NCBI GenBank assembly: GCA_963699545.1
Contig: CAVOUE010000003.1
Span: 480,001 to 544,000, forward strand
Direction of reading: 5' to 3'
Source: Nitrospirota bacterium
GTDB lineage: Bacteria > Nitrospirota > Thermodesulfovibrionia > Thermodesulfovibrionales > UBA9159
Length of the DNA: 64,000 nucleotides
Shown here: positions 9,848 through 20,985 of the stretch, piece after piece
How the letters are laid out: each line of letters opens with the position of its first letter
How positions within the stretch are numbered: position 1 is the first letter of the stretch
The notes under the pieces: model-generated
What the model saw: the letters and a program-made list of their open reading frames with translations, nothing else
The model's database searches: none
Told to the model about the DNA's origin: nothing
Position numbers and translations under genes: made by a program

Positions 9848-11168
9848 ATGGCCGGGGAATTGAAGCGGGATAGGGTCATCATCATGGGAGCCGGTGGCAG
9901 GGACTTCCATAACTTCAATATGGTTTACAGGGATGATCCCCAGTCTGAAGTTGTCGCATTTACTGCCGCCCAGATACCCTTCATCGAGAAGAGGGTCTAT
10001 CCGCCTGAGCTTGCCGGTACGTTCTATCCCGAAGGAATCCCCATCCATCCCGAGTCGGAATTGGGAACGCTGATCTCAAAACACGGAGTGAACAGGGTGG
10101 TATTTTCCTACAGTGATGTTTCCCATGAGTATGTGATGCACAAGGCTTCTCTCTCTGTCGCCCACGGCGCGGATTTTATGCTCCACGGTCCCGAAAGTAC
10201 CATGCTTGAATCAGGAGTCCCCGTGATATCCGTGTGTGCGGTGAGGACAGGCTGTGGCAAGTCCATCGTCACGAGGAAACTTGCGCATCTTTTCCAGGAG
10301 AGGGGAATCAGGGTATCGGTGATGCGGCATCCCATGGCGTATTGCGATTTTGTTCCCGTTAAGACCTTCTCCTCCCTGGAGGAGATTGACCGTGGTGTCT
10401 GCACCATCGAAGAAAGAGAAGAGTTCGAACCGCTTGTGGGGAAGGGCATTGCTGTATACGCCGGGGTGGACTACCAAAAGGTCCTCCATGAAGCGGGAAA
10501 GGACTCCCAGGTCATCATATGGGATGGCGGGAACAATGATTTCCCTTTTGTTCGGCCTGATTTTGAGATCGTGCTTATCGATGCTCTGAGACCCGGCCAC
10601 GAGATGCTCTTTTACCCCGGAGAGGTGAACTTGAGGAGAGGGAACCTTCTCATCATCACCAAGATAAACGAGGCAAAAGAAAGTGACAGAGAAGAGATAA
10701 GAACCGTTATCCGGAGGGAGAATCCCGATGCCGGGGTTCTTGAGACCCGGTCGGTCTTTGCCCTGAGTGATTCAGCATTGATCAAGGGGAAAAGGGCCCT
10801 GGTGATAGAGGATGGACCGACCATCACCCATGGAGGCATGTCTCATGGAGCAGGGGTATCATCGTCCAGAGGCATGGTGTCGGAATTCATCGACCCGAGA
10901 CCTTATGCGGTCGGGTCCATCCGGGAGAACCTATGAAAGGTTCCCCACTATCGGCCCTGTGCTTCCCGCTATGGGCTACTCGGCACTACAGATAAGAGAC
11001 CTGGGTGAAACCATCGCCCGCGTCCCCGCTGACGTTGTCATCATTGCAACCCCTGTGGATTTGAGAAGGCTGATACCTATAGACAAACCATCGATAAAGG
11101 TCTATTATGATTTCGACATAGACCTCAGCGCATTGGCGGGATCTTTCCTTGAAAGGCATGTCCGCTGA
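9848..11168 (+). CDS. COG2403 P-loop protein (cyclic 2,3-DPG synthetase / arginine synthetase ArcE family; frameshift near 10928)
   Basis: IMGAGGRDFHNFN, AVRTGCGKS, RHPM, TIEEREE, WDGGNND, EDGPTITHGGM, LPAMGY. Confidence 0.85.
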
Positions 11169-11296
11169 GAGCAGCGCACTCATGGCGTGTGGCGGGAATA
11201 CGCTTGGATCGGAAGGAAGGGAGAGGTCTTTGAGCACAACGGGGGCAGATCTTCGGACAGAGTGGCGATATATTTTTTCGTGAAAGGAGAGAAAAG

Positions 11297-12154
11297 ATGC
11301 CGGAGAAGAGACGCAAGAAGTTCCCGCAGACGGAAAGTGAGCGTGCTTTTTCCTTTCTGCCGCTGAACAGCCGTGAGGGAAAACCCCGCAGACAAGGGAT
11401 CACAGAAATACGGGGGCCTTACTACGCCCCGATGGGGAGATGTTATCTGGAGGATGTTCTCGGGACAATGGGAGAGTATATCGATATCCTGAAATTCGCC
11501 GGAGGTTCCTTCAGTCTCATGCCCCTCAAGGTGGTGAAGGAGATTATCGACCTCTGCCACCGCTTCGATGTGAAGGTGGATACCGGGGGGTTTATCGAGC
11601 ATGTGCTTGTCATGGGAAGCCGGGCGGTGCATCAGTACATCGAGGAATGCAAACGCCTTGAGTTCGATGTTGTGGAGATATCCAGCGGCTTCATCAGCAT
11701 CCCGGCTGACGACCTGCTCCGGTTGACTGAAATGGTGCGGAAGGCAGGCCTGAAGCCGAAAGTGGAAGTGGGGATACAGTTCGGCGCAGGCGGCGCCAGT
11801 ACTGTGGAGGAACTGGAGGCAGAGGGCACCAGCGATCCCGACTGGGCGATCCAGCGGGCCAGGCAGCATCTGGATGCCGGTGCCTACATGATCATGGTGG
11901 AATCAGAGGGGATCACCGAAAGTGTCCGCACGTGGCGTACCGACGTGATAAGCGCATTCATCCGTCAACTGGGGCTCGAAAAGACCATGTTCGAGGCGGC
12001 TGATCCTCAGGTGTTCGGCTGGTATGTCAAGAATTACGGTCCTGAGGTGAATCTCTTTGTGGACCACAGCCAGATCGTCCAGCTGGAATGCCTGCGTTCC
12101 GGCATCTGGGGAACGAAGGACCTCTGGGGACGGGTACTGACTTACAAGGGCTGA
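11297..12154 (+). CDS. Phosphosulfolactate synthase (ComA/HSA32) family protein
   Basis: KPR..GITEIRGPYY, LKFAGGS, EISSGF, ESEGITE, FEAA, GPEVNLFVD, LECLRSG.WG. Confidence 0.88.
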   Translation: MPEKRRKKFPQTESERAFSFLPLNSREGKPRRQGITEIRGPYYAPMGRCYLEDVLGTMGEYIDILKFAGGSFSLMPLKVVKEIIDLCHRFDVKVDTGGFIEHVLVMGSRAVHQYIEECKRLEFDVVEISSGFISIPADDLLRLTEMVRKAGLKPKVEVGIQFGAGGASTVEELEAEGTSDPDWAIQRARQHLDAGAYMIMVESEGITESVRTWRTDVISAFIRQLGLEKTMFEAADPQVFGWYVKNYGPEVNLFVDHSQIVQLECLRSGIWGTKDLWGRVLTYKG

Positions 12155-12360
12155 ATGGGCAATGTGCCCCATCAGGGCTGCATAGAACAGGATGGACCCG
12201 GAGATCCCGGGCAAGGGGAAGGGATATCTCCACTTCGTCAGGTGACTGCCCAACTCATCCGGCCTTTTGGTATGCTTTACATACAGCAGTTGTGGAAGAA
12301 GGAGTAGCTTAATAGCCTGGTACAGATTCCGAAATCTGTCAGAGAAAGGAGCCGGCCGTT

Positions 12361-12948
12361 ATGGGAGAAGTGAAAAGCGCCCTTGAGAAGGCGATGGACA
12401 AGATAAAAGAGGTCAAGGGGCTCACCCCTGAAGAACGGGAAGAGCTGAAAGAGCGCGATGAACTGAAAGCGGTGCTGGCAGGTTTTTACAGAGGTGATCT
12501 GAACAAGGACCAACTGTGGCAGAGGCTCAAGGGGATGAGACCTTCTCTCCTGAAGGAGGCCCAGCAGAACATGGCTGATTCCCTGAGGCTTGGCAACGCC
12601 CCCGAGGAATTTCAGCAGAGAAAAGAAGGCATTCTCGCCATCGAGGGGTTGAAAGAGAAGCGGAACACAGCGGCCATCGAAAACACAATAAACGCCATCG
12701 GCAAGCTGCAGAGAGAATACATCGGCCAAAAAGAAAAGGCCGTTATGGAACTGAAGGCGGCCATAGAAGAGAACCCCCAGCTGAGAGTACGGCAGGTCAG
12801 AACTCCTGAGGGGAGAATTCATCAGACCGCACTGTCAGTCGATGAGGCGATCCAGACAAGAATGGCCGATTTCCTAGCTGAGCATGAAAAGAGATACGAG
12901 ACGATGTTCGGTCAGGCGATTGTCCGGCTGGAAAAGGAACTGAAGTAG
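12361..12948 (+). CDS. Hypothetical helical protein (MGEVKSALE.AM start, DUF6657-like)
   Basis: 195-aa ORF with AAGGAG SD; coiled-coil composition. Confidence 0.65.
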   Translation: MGEVKSALEKAMDKIKEVKGLTPEEREELKERDELKAVLAGFYRGDLNKDQLWQRLKGMRPSLLKEAQQNMADSLRLGNAPEEFQQRKEGILAIEGLKEKRNTAAIENTINAIGKLQREYIGQKEKAVMELKAAIEENPQLRVRQVRTPEGRIHQTALSVDEAIQTRMADFLAEHEKRYETMFGQAIVRLEKELK

Positions 12949-13045
12949 GCCTGATCTTCTTCTCGTGATTGTGGAGGAAAAACTCACTGGCGAGAATGGT
13001 TTCATCCCCGCCAGTCATAGGCTTCACACTGTTGAATAGCTCCTA

Positions 13046-13363
13046 TTAGCCCCCGCCGTATCCGCCGCTAACGCGCTGCTCCCGCGACAACTCTTCATCC
13101 GCAGGCACGGACGCGGTCCTTTCCACTCCCGTATAACCGGCCCATTCAAAGGGGCAGACTTTTGTCAGTATCTCCAGCTTCCAATCAATGGTGTTGGCGA
13201 TGTCCCTGAAATGCGCAATATGGGATTTTAGCGCTTCCTTCTCGGGACCTTTCATCCCTTCGATCTCTTTCACAAAACCGAGCAATCTTGACTTCATAGC
13301 GGAAAGCTCGTGGTACATCGTATCACAGTAATTCCTGAATTCCGTACTTTTTACAGTTGCCAT
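13046..13363 (-). CDS. Hypothetical small helical protein
   Basis: AGGAGG SD; helical hairpin ending L...CP.EW and a GGY.GG tail. Confidence 0.7.
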   Translation of the reverse strand: MATVKSTEFRNYCDTMYHELSAMKSRLLGFVKEIEGMKGPEKEALKSHIAHFRDIANTIDWKLEILTKVCPFEWAGYTGVERTASVPADEELSREQRVSGGYGGG

Positions 13364-13551
13364 GGTTCCCTCCTTTTCGGAGCAAACACGTTAATAAGCG
13401 GGCAACCTCAAATATCCTGATCACCCTTCCTTCTTAATCTCATCATAGTCCAGAAGGCGCTATTTGTCAAGTAGATTCGCATAATAGCAACTATGTCCCA
13501 ACAACGCCACGAAAATAAATACAATTTCCAGTGCGACAAGTGCGCAGTTCC

Positions 13552-15423
13552 CTACACACCCGCAGCCTTCAGTGCTTCAAACCTTCCCTCGAACTCCCTT
13601 GTTTTCGTGTCCAGCTCAATGGTGAGGGCTTCAAGTTCGTCGAAGAGGATATCGATTTTCCCCCTGGTCTCATGGATCGATATGGACAGCCTTCTGATGG
13701 ATTCCCCGTTCTCCTTTTACAGAAGCCTCAACAAGGGCCTGCGTATCGTGGTTCATGTCCTGTTCAAGGCGCGTGATCGTCTCTTCCACTTCGGATATCC
13801 TCTCTGTCAGGGGCGCCAAGATCCTCGAGCGGTCGTTGATCAGTTCAGCCCTGAGCCGTCTCAACCCTCTTCTGTCCGCGCCGCTGCCCTTCTTCTCTGC
13901 GTTTTGTCCGTTGCGGTCCGCCGCTTCGCCCTCATCTTTCCATCCTTCCCGTTCGAGGAAGTCCTGGTATGTCCCCTCGAAAAGCCTCACCCTGTCGTCA
14001 TCGAAAACGATCAGCCGCGTGGCTACCGCATGGAGGATCATCTCGCTGTGAGTGACGATCACCACAGCGCCTTCAAAAGCGTCTATGGCCTCCAGCAGAG
14101 AGTCGATGGATTCCATATCCAGATGGTTGGTGGGCTCATCCAGGAGGAGCAGGTTGGCGGGGCTGACAAGAAGTTTGCCCAAAAGCACCCTGCTCTTTTC
14201 CCCCCCGGAAAGTACGCCCACCTTCTTGAGCGCGCTGTCACCTTCGAACATCATAATGCCGCAGATGGTCCTCGCGGTGCCCCTGCTGTGATCAGGGTGT
14301 GCATCCAGTATCTCGTTTTCCACTGTCTTCCCGGGCGAGAGACGCTGGATGTTGGTCTGGCCGAAATAGGCAAGTCGCAATTGCGAGTGCTGCATCACTG
14401 CACCTTTGACGGGCTGCAACTCCCCGGCAAGGAGGTTCAGGAGCGTTGTCTTGCCCTTCCCGTTCTTCCCGACAACCGCTATCCGGTCCCGTTTGCCGAT
14501 GGTCAGATTCAGACCGTCTATGAGCGGAGGCCCTTCGACATCAAAGGAAAAAGAGATATCTTTGGCCTCCATAAGAGATTTGCCTGTAAAAGGCGCCGGG
14601 ATAAATTCGAATTCCAGGTCCTTTGCCGCGGACAACTTTTCGAACCTCTCTCTCTTCCGGAGGGCCTTTATCTTTGACTGCACTGCCCGAGCCCGGGTCG
14701 CCTGGGCCCTGAACCTGTTTATGAACTGCTCCACCTCCCTGCGTTTTTTCTCTTCGTTGATCCTTGTCTGTTCGTAGACTTCTTCCTCCATGAGTATCTG
14801 CTGGTAGAGCTTTTCGGTCGGTCCCGCGATCTTCCGTATCCTTTTCCTGTGGATACCCATGGTATGGGTTGTCACACTGTCCATGAACTCCCTGTCATGG
14901 GTGATCAGGATGAGCTCTCCGCTCCAGGCCTTCAGGAACTTCGTGAGCCATCGTATGGAAACGATATCGAGATAGTTGGTGGGCTCATCCAGGAGAAGCA
15001 GGTTCGGTTCAGACACGAGAAGCCTCGCGAGATGCAGGCGGACCTGGTATCCTCCGGACAGGTCAAGCGGATTGCGGGGAAAATCGTCCGTCAAAAACCC
15101 GAGACCCATGAGGATCGTTTCCACTTTGTACGATTCGTCCCTTCCGTCCTCAGAGGGTTTGAGACCGAGACACGCTTCCTTAAGGACCGAATCTTCGCTG
15201 AACTTCAGGTGCTGGGAAAGATAACCGACAGTGTAATGGTTAGGTATGCTGATAACGCCCGCATCGGGCTTTTCCTCGGCGGTTATCATCCTGAGGAGGG
15301 TCGTCTTTCCATGGCCGTTCCTGCCGCCCAGCCCAATACGCTCCCCGAGTTCACCGTAAAACCGACATCGTCGAATACGACCTGGGTGCCGTACGCCTTT
15401 GAGAGGTTGCTGACCTGAATCAC
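13552..15423 (-). CDS. ABC-F family ATP-binding protein (frameshifts near both ends)
   Basis: Two ABC cassettes (GRNGHGKT, LSGG, DEPTN; GKNGKGKT, LSGGE, DEPTNHLD), no TM, C-terminal coiled coil. Confidence 0.92.
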
Positions 15424-15463
15424 CCGTCTATTTTAAAGGAAGGGGATGATAAACCGCAAAGGA

Positions 15464-15638
15464 AAAACGGGGACACATCCCATTTTATTGTTGGCTGACT
15501 GCATAACGCTATTCACTTATCTCAGAACGACACCTTGACAATGAGGAAAAATCAATGCTTGCGCCCAAGATTCTACGGCTCATGTATTGAGATATTGTAG
15601 GAGGTTACCTGCTGTAAAATGGGATGTGTCCCTATTTT
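15464..15638. mobile_element. MITE-like element with 18-bp perfect terminal inverted repeats
   Basis: GGGACACATCCCATTTTA (15470-15487) and TAAAATGGGATGTGTCCC (15615-15632) around a non-coding core. Confidence 0.6.
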
Positions 15639-15912
15639 ACCTTTGCTTGATGATCCCTTCTTCTGTAATGACTTTTCTGTGAAACTCACAGTCATAGCAA
15701 GGATGGTCACCCCGTGGAAAAGACCCTTTTGTGTCAACAAAAGAATAGATGCCAACAATAGCCCAGCACAGCCTCCCTCCGTTAATCCCTCCGTTCACGC
15801 CGTTTATGGATTTGTAGACGGCCGCCCGGCATACACCCAGATCCTTTGCCCGTGCGCCTCCCGGCTCTCTTCCGCACCTCATATGCTCCCAGCAATTCAT
15901 TTTTCTTGCCAT
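15637..15912 (-). CDS. Two-CW-domain Cys-rich small protein
   Basis: NCWE...CGREPGG..GVC..GGR.CW...C..CEF; GGAGG SD. Confidence 0.8.
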   Translation of the reverse strand: MARKMNCWEHMRCGREPGGARAKDLGVCRAAVYKSINGVNGGINGGRLCWAIVGIYSFVDTKGSFPRGDHPCYDCEFHRKVITEEGIIKQR

Positions 15913-16121
15913 GATCCTCACCTCCTGCGCTTTGTTTTGTAAGGGGATCAGATGCTGCCGCCCTCTCGACTCTTTGTATCACGCAAACGACGAGTGCGTC
16001 AAATAAGAAAAATAAATCACTGCATAGGGAAAGTCTATTCATGAATCACGAAGGGGATGATCTGCTGAAGCGGGGCTGTAAAACAGCTTACCATCCCAGG
16101 CAAAAAAAGAGCATCGGGATG

Positions 16122-16667
16122 TTATTTCTTATCCTTCTTGGAAATATACCACAGTGCGGCTGCACCGGCCAGGGTGGCGGCCCCGGTGCCGATGCCGATC
16201 TTCCACAATTTTTTTCTGTTCCTGATCCTTCTCTCCCTTATGGTCGAATACCTTTCCGCGATCATTTCACAATGCCGCATCTCCTTTTTGGAAAAGCCGA
16301 AGATATGCGTGAAAAGCTCTATCCTTTGATCTATCAGGGACTGGAGCAGGGACCAGTACCTCACCTTTTCGAGTGAAGATCTGTACTGCCTCAGGTTCTC
16401 TTCGTCGGAAATGGTCTTCATAAACCGTTCCAGCAAGGCTCTGTCCGCACCTTCATAAATCGGAAGTCCCGGGTCGCCGATCTTCCGGAGAACCGGCCAC
16501 TGACATTCTCCCTCAAGGTTGAAGATCTCAGGCCAGGACCTTTTGCCCACAAGTCTGAGGATAATGGATTTTCTTACCGAGTAATAAAATTTTCTCAGTT
16601 CTTCATTTGTGAAATCAGTACCCTTGAAAATCGCCGAAAATTCCTTAAACGTTACCACTCTCTCCAT
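16122..16667 (-). CDS. Hypothetical protein with a C-terminal membrane anchor
   Basis: ATG 16667 with GGGGAG SD; ends IGIGTGAATLAGAAALWYISKK. Confidence 0.65.
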   Translation of the reverse strand: MERVVTFKEFSAIFKGTDFTNEELRKFYYSVRKSIILRLVGKRSWPEIFNLEGECQWPVLRKIGDPGLPIYEGADRALLERFMKTISDEENLRQYRSSLEKVRYWSLLQSLIDQRIELFTHIFGFSKKEMRHCEMIAERYSTIRERRIRNRKKLWKIGIGTGAATLAGAAALWYISKKDKK

Positions 16668-16767
16668 CTCCCCATCTGTATTTGTCTCTATTGTAGCATG
16701 ACTTGGACGTGAAGGCTGTCCCAATGCCGCTTTAAGGATCAGATCTATTTAAGGTATAGTATATAAA

Positions 16768-18099
16768 GTGAGATTTGAAGAACTGGATATTCCCGAAAAG
16801 GTCCTTGAGGGAATCAGGGCCGCTGGCTTTGCCGAGTGCACACCGGTCCAGGCCCTGACGCTGCCCGAAGCGCTGCGGGGAAAGGACGTTGCTGCCCAGG
16901 CCCAAACAGGCACGGGGAAGACCGCTGCCTTCCTTATCGCGGTGTTTTCGCGCATGCTCAGGATGCCTGCTCCGGGGCAGGGTCCGTCGCCGCGGGCGCT
17001 GGTCATAGCGCCGACGCGAGAGCTTGCTGTCCAGATCGATGCCGAGGCGAAGATACTCGGAGGTTCTACCGGCTTCAAGGTCTTAGCGGTCTTTGGCGGC
17101 GTTGATTACGAGAAGCAGCGCCAGCAAATCGAAAGGGGCGTCGATATGCTCGTCGGCACGCCTGGTCGTCTCATCGATTATCTCAAGCAGGGGGTATACA
17201 GCCTGAAGAAGACCCAGTTCCTCGTCATCGACGAGGCAGATCGTTTGTTCGACATGGGCTTTATCAGCGACATCCGGTTCCTGCTCAGGCGGATGGCGCC
17301 TTACAACCGCCGACAGTCCCTGCTCTTCTCCGCGACACTGTCGCACCGGGTGCTTGAACTCTCCTATGAGCATATGAACAACCCCGAGCTGTTCAAGATA
17401 ACGCCCGGGCAGGTTACGGTAGAACAGGTCGAGCAGGAGATATATCATGTGGGCAGTTCCGAGAAGTTCGGCCTCCTCCTGGGTATCCTCCGGCGCGAGC
17501 CGAACGGCCGTTATCTCATATTTTCGAATATGAAGTCGACTGCGGAACGGCTTGAGATGTTCCTGAACGCCAACGGCTTTGCCGCCTCTGCCATTACGGG
17601 TGATGTGCCCCAGAAGAAGCGGCTCAAAGTCCTCGAACAGTTCAAGGACGGAACGCTTCCGATCCTCGTGGCGACTGATGTGGCGAGCCGTGGGCTGCAT
17701 ATCGAAGGGGTGACACACGTGATCAACTATGATCTCCCCGAAGACGCTGAGGACTACGTGCACCGGATCGGCAGGACGGCGAGGGCGGGCGCTGGCGGCA
17801 AGGCTATCAGCCTTGCCTGTGAGAATTATGTCTTTTCGCTGCCGGACATTGAGGAATTTATCAGGCAGAAGATACCGGTCATGCCTATGACGGAAGAAAT
17901 GATCGTTACCGGTTATCGCCGGGCGTATGGGCATGCCGGAAAGAAGGCTCCTTACCCGCAGAAAAGAGAGACAGGGGGAATGCGCGGAAGAGAACAACAG
18001 CGGCGAGGGGGTGGTCCATCCGGCGGCAGGACTGAGAAGGCCGGAGGACGTCACGCTGAGAGAAAGAAGCCCTACAGAAACCCGGGAACGCAAAAATAG
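16768..18099 (+). CDS. DEAD-box RNA helicase (RhlB-like)
   Basis: Q motif, AQTGTGKT, PTRELA, TPGR, DEAD, SAT, HRIGRTAR; basic C-tail. Confidence 0.95.
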   Translation: MRFEELDIPEKVLEGIRAAGFAECTPVQALTLPEALRGKDVAAQAQTGTGKTAAFLIAVFSRMLRMPAPGQGPSPRALVIAPTRELAVQIDAEAKILGGSTGFKVLAVFGGVDYEKQRQQIERGVDMLVGTPGRLIDYLKQGVYSLKKTQFLVIDEADRLFDMGFISDIRFLLRRMAPYNRRQSLLFSATLSHRVLELSYEHMNNPELFKITPGQVTVEQVEQEIYHVGSSEKFGLLLGILRREPNGRYLIFSNMKSTAERLEMFLNANGFAASAITGDVPQKKRLKVLEQFKDGTLPILVATDVASRGLHIEGVTHVINYDLPEDAEDYVHRIGRTARAGAGGKAISLACENYVFSLPDIEEFIRQKIPVMPMTEEMIVTGYRRAYGHAGKKAPYPQKRETGGMRGREQQRRGGGPSGGRTEKAGGRHAERKKPYRNPGTQK

Positions 18100-18296
18100 C
18101 TCTCACCATAGCTTGCAGCCAAACATCCGCATGACTTCACTGATAAACCTTGCAATCTCCACCTGTCACCGCGAAAAAGAGACCTTTTTTTCGGGAGAGG
18201 GTGCGGTGAAAAGTGAGGGTGCCGGACGGTCTTCATATCTTTTTCATGATTCTTCATTAGAATATAGTGATGAAGGGGATGCAGAAAGAGGGGAAT

Positions 18297-19413
18297 ATGG
18301 TACAGCTTATAAAAATAGCGGTAGTGACAGGAGTTATAGGTATGCTTGCTTTTTCTGTTTCAGAGGGCGCAAAGCTCGATACGGCGACTTTCGCAGGCGG
18401 CTGTTTTTGGTGCATGGAGCCTCCCTTTGAGAAGCTTGAAGGGGTGAAGGAAGTTATATCGGGCTACACAGGGGGCTTCAAGGAGAACCCCACCTACGAG
18501 GAGGTGTCAGCGGGCAAGACCGGCCACGCCGAGTCTGTACAGGTGATCTATGAGCCGGCAAAGATCTCCTACGAAAAACTGCTTGACGTCTTCTGGCGGC
18601 AGATCGACCCGACAGACGCGGGCGGGCAGTTCGTTGACCGGGGGAGCCAGTACCGCTCTGTCATCTTTTACCACACACCGGAACAGAAGGCGCAGGCCGA
18701 GAAGTCCAGAGAGGAACTGTGGCGGTCGGGCCGTTTCAACAAGCAGATCGTAACTGAAGTCCTCCCGGCGGGGAAGTTCTATAAGGCGGAGGAATATCAT
18801 CAGGATTACTACAAAAAGAACCCCATCCGTTACAAGTTTTACCGGTACAATTCCGGACGCGATCAGTTTCTGAAAAAGGTCTGGGGTGAGGAAAAGGTAT
18901 CTCAGGCATCGGGAACTCAGGGTGCGGGTTCCCAGGGCTCTTCATCGCAGGTCACCGGGGAGAAATGGAGGACATTCGTGAAACCATCCAAAGAAGAACT
19001 GAAGAAGAGACTGACGGAGATGCAGTACAAGGTGACCCAGCAGGAGGGCACCGAGCCTGCATACAGTAATGAATACTGGAACAACAAGAGGGAAGGGATC
19101 TATGTGGACGTTGTCTCAGGGGAGCCGCTTTTCAGTTCTCTTGACAAGTACGATTCGGGCACCGGGTGGCCCAGCTTCACGCAACCCCTTAACTCCGGCA
19201 ACATCGTCGAGAAGAGCGACTGGAGGCTCTTTGTGAAAAGGACCGAGGTGCGGTCCAAACACGGAGACTCTCATCTCGGCCACGTTTTCAATGACGGACC
19301 GAAGCCGACGGGTCTGCGGTACTGTATGAACTCCGCATCCCTCAGGTTCATTCCGAAAGAGGGTCTCTGAGAAGGAAGGGTACGGCCAGTACGCGAAACT
19401 CTTCAGGAAGTAG
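18297..19413 (+). CDS. msrAB: Exported peptide methionine sulfoxide reductase MsrA-MsrB fusion (frameshift near 19368)
   Basis: Signal peptide; [34 protein letters not shown]; tail EKEGYGQY in the next frame. Confidence 0.95.
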
Positions 19414-19538
19414 ACGTTCCTTCACTCTGTGAAGTCCCTTGACGGTGGAGCAGGGCTGTGTCATGATAGGTTGAGTTTCTTGTGCGGTGCACACCGGGCA
19501 AGAAACAGGGAAATTGATCCAGAGACAGAGTGATCGGC

Positions 19539-19922
19539 ATGGAAAATTACAAGCTGGTTCTTCCGGAGCACCTCAATCACTACGGCTACCTTTTTGGCGG
19601 GAATCTTCTCCAGTGGGCTGATGAGACGGCCTGGATCGCGGCAAGCCTCGATTATCCCTGCTGCAATTTTGTGACCATTGCGATGGACAAGGTGGAATTC
19701 CGCAGGAGTGTCAGGCAGGGAGCCATCCTGCGTATCGATGCGCGTAAGAGCAGGGTGGGGGACACTTCGGTTCAGTATACCGTCAATGTTTTTTCCGGAG
19801 GCTCGGGGACAGGAAGCGAAGAGGCGATCTTCTCCACGAACATAACCTTTGTGCGTATAGATGAACAGGGACAGAAAAAAAGCCTTCCCTCAGACGGCAG
19901 CAGGAATGATGGAAAAGCCTAA
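19539..19922 (+). CDS. Hotdog-fold acyl-CoA thioesterase
   Basis: [27 protein letters not shown]. Confidence 0.88.
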   Translation: MENYKLVLPEHLNHYGYLFGGNLLQWADETAWIAASLDYPCCNFVTIAMDKVEFRRSVRQGAILRIDARKSRVGDTSVQYTVNVFSGGSGTGSEEAIFSTNITFVRIDEQGQKKSLPSDGSRNDGKA

Positions 19923-20583
19923 AGAGACGGTCCGGAGAAAAAAGCCGAAACTTGAGATCGTCCTCAAGTGCGATTCCGTGGGGAGTCTGGAAGCGGTCAC
20001 CGCCGCCCTGTCGGAAATGACCCTGGAATTGGACATCAGTGTTATTCATAGCGGGATCGGCGGCATCAGCACGTCTGACGTCTTGTTTGCTGAGACAGCC
20101 AGCAGGCTTATCGTCGGCTTTCAGGTGGATGTTTTGCCGGGCGTGGATAAAGTCCTGAAAGAACAGAGCGTTGAGATCCGCCTCTACGAAGTGATCTATA
20201 CATTGACTTCCGACATAAAACTCATTGCCGAAAGCCTGATCCCCTCTGAATCACAGGAGCAGATCACAGGCTCTGCCAGGGTGATCGCCCTTTTTAAAAG
20301 CAGCCGAAAGGGGCTCATCATAGGGTGTGAGATCCTCGATGGCTCTTTCGCCATTGGTCAACATTACCGCATCATCTCTGCCGTGGGACCGGTTCATTCC
20401 GGCACCATAGAGTCGCTCCATATCCGGGAAGAAGCGGTCCAGAAGGCCACCCGGGGACAACAGGTCGGTTTGAAGATAAGCGGTTTCGACAAGGCAAGGA
20501 TCGGGGACCTTGTGGAAATCTACCACCGTCTCCCTCAAAAAGCCAGGCCGTGGGAGCCAAAAGGCCAGATCATCCGAAAATAG
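19906..20583 (+). CDS. Stand-alone protein homologous to the C-terminal (C1-C2) domains of IF-2
   Basis: [50 protein letters not shown]; no GTPase domain. Confidence 0.8.
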   Translation: MMEKPKETVRRKKPKLEIVLKCDSVGSLEAVTAALSEMTLELDISVIHSGIGGISTSDVLFAETASRLIVGFQVDVLPGVDKVLKEQSVEIRLYEVIYTLTSDIKLIAESLIPSESQEQITGSARVIALFKSSRKGLIIGCEILDGSFAIGQHYRIISAVGPVHSGTIESLHIREEAVQKATRGQQVGLKISGFDKARIGDLVEIYHRLPQKARPWEPKGQIIRK

Positions 20584-20658
20584 ATCCGTCAACAAGAAAC
20601 ACCCGCAGCTCTCAGCCCATGGCAAGAACCTCTTGTATCACGAGCGAAGAGCTGTCAG

Positions 20659-20985
20659 TTATGGACTGATCCTGTAGGGGGTACAGTTATGCGCGGCTTT
20701 CTCTCCCTCGCAGAACTTGCCGCACTCTTCGGTCCTCGTGTGAGGCAACCGGTGAAAGCACCTCGTGCCGGTGCAGACGACGGAGTCGTCACAAAGCACC
20801 TCGTTTCCCTTCAGGGCTTTTTCGACCCAGACCTCACCGGTGGAACGAATTTCCGTCTTTCCTTTCACAATGGTCCAGTAAGGCTGAGAGGCGTCCGGGT
20901 AGCCGACGAAGTCCGGATCAGGGATCACCACTGTCTCGCCGTCCGGCTTTTTCAGCACCGCAAGGGTTTCCTTTTGATTTGCCAT
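20659..20985 (-). CDS. Hypothetical small protein with a Cys/His-rich C-terminus
   Basis: AGGAGGT SD; C.....C....C.H..PH....C...C......C. Confidence 0.65.
   Translation of the reverse strand: MANQKETLAVLKKPDGETVVIPDPDFVGYPDASQPYWTIVKGKTEIRSTGEVWVEKALKGNEVLCDDSVVCTGTRCFHRLPHTRTEECGKFCEGEKAAHNCTPYRISP

Noticed and set aside
13493-14677. Long antisense ORFs (also 25316-26512, 17083-18093, 48964-50118, 8832-9650)
   Set aside because: They are shadows of well-supported genes on the opposite strand and show no recognisable motifs.
19360-19413. Stop-codon readthrough at the msrAB TGA
   Set aside because: The conserved tail is in a different frame, so this is an indel rather than recoding.
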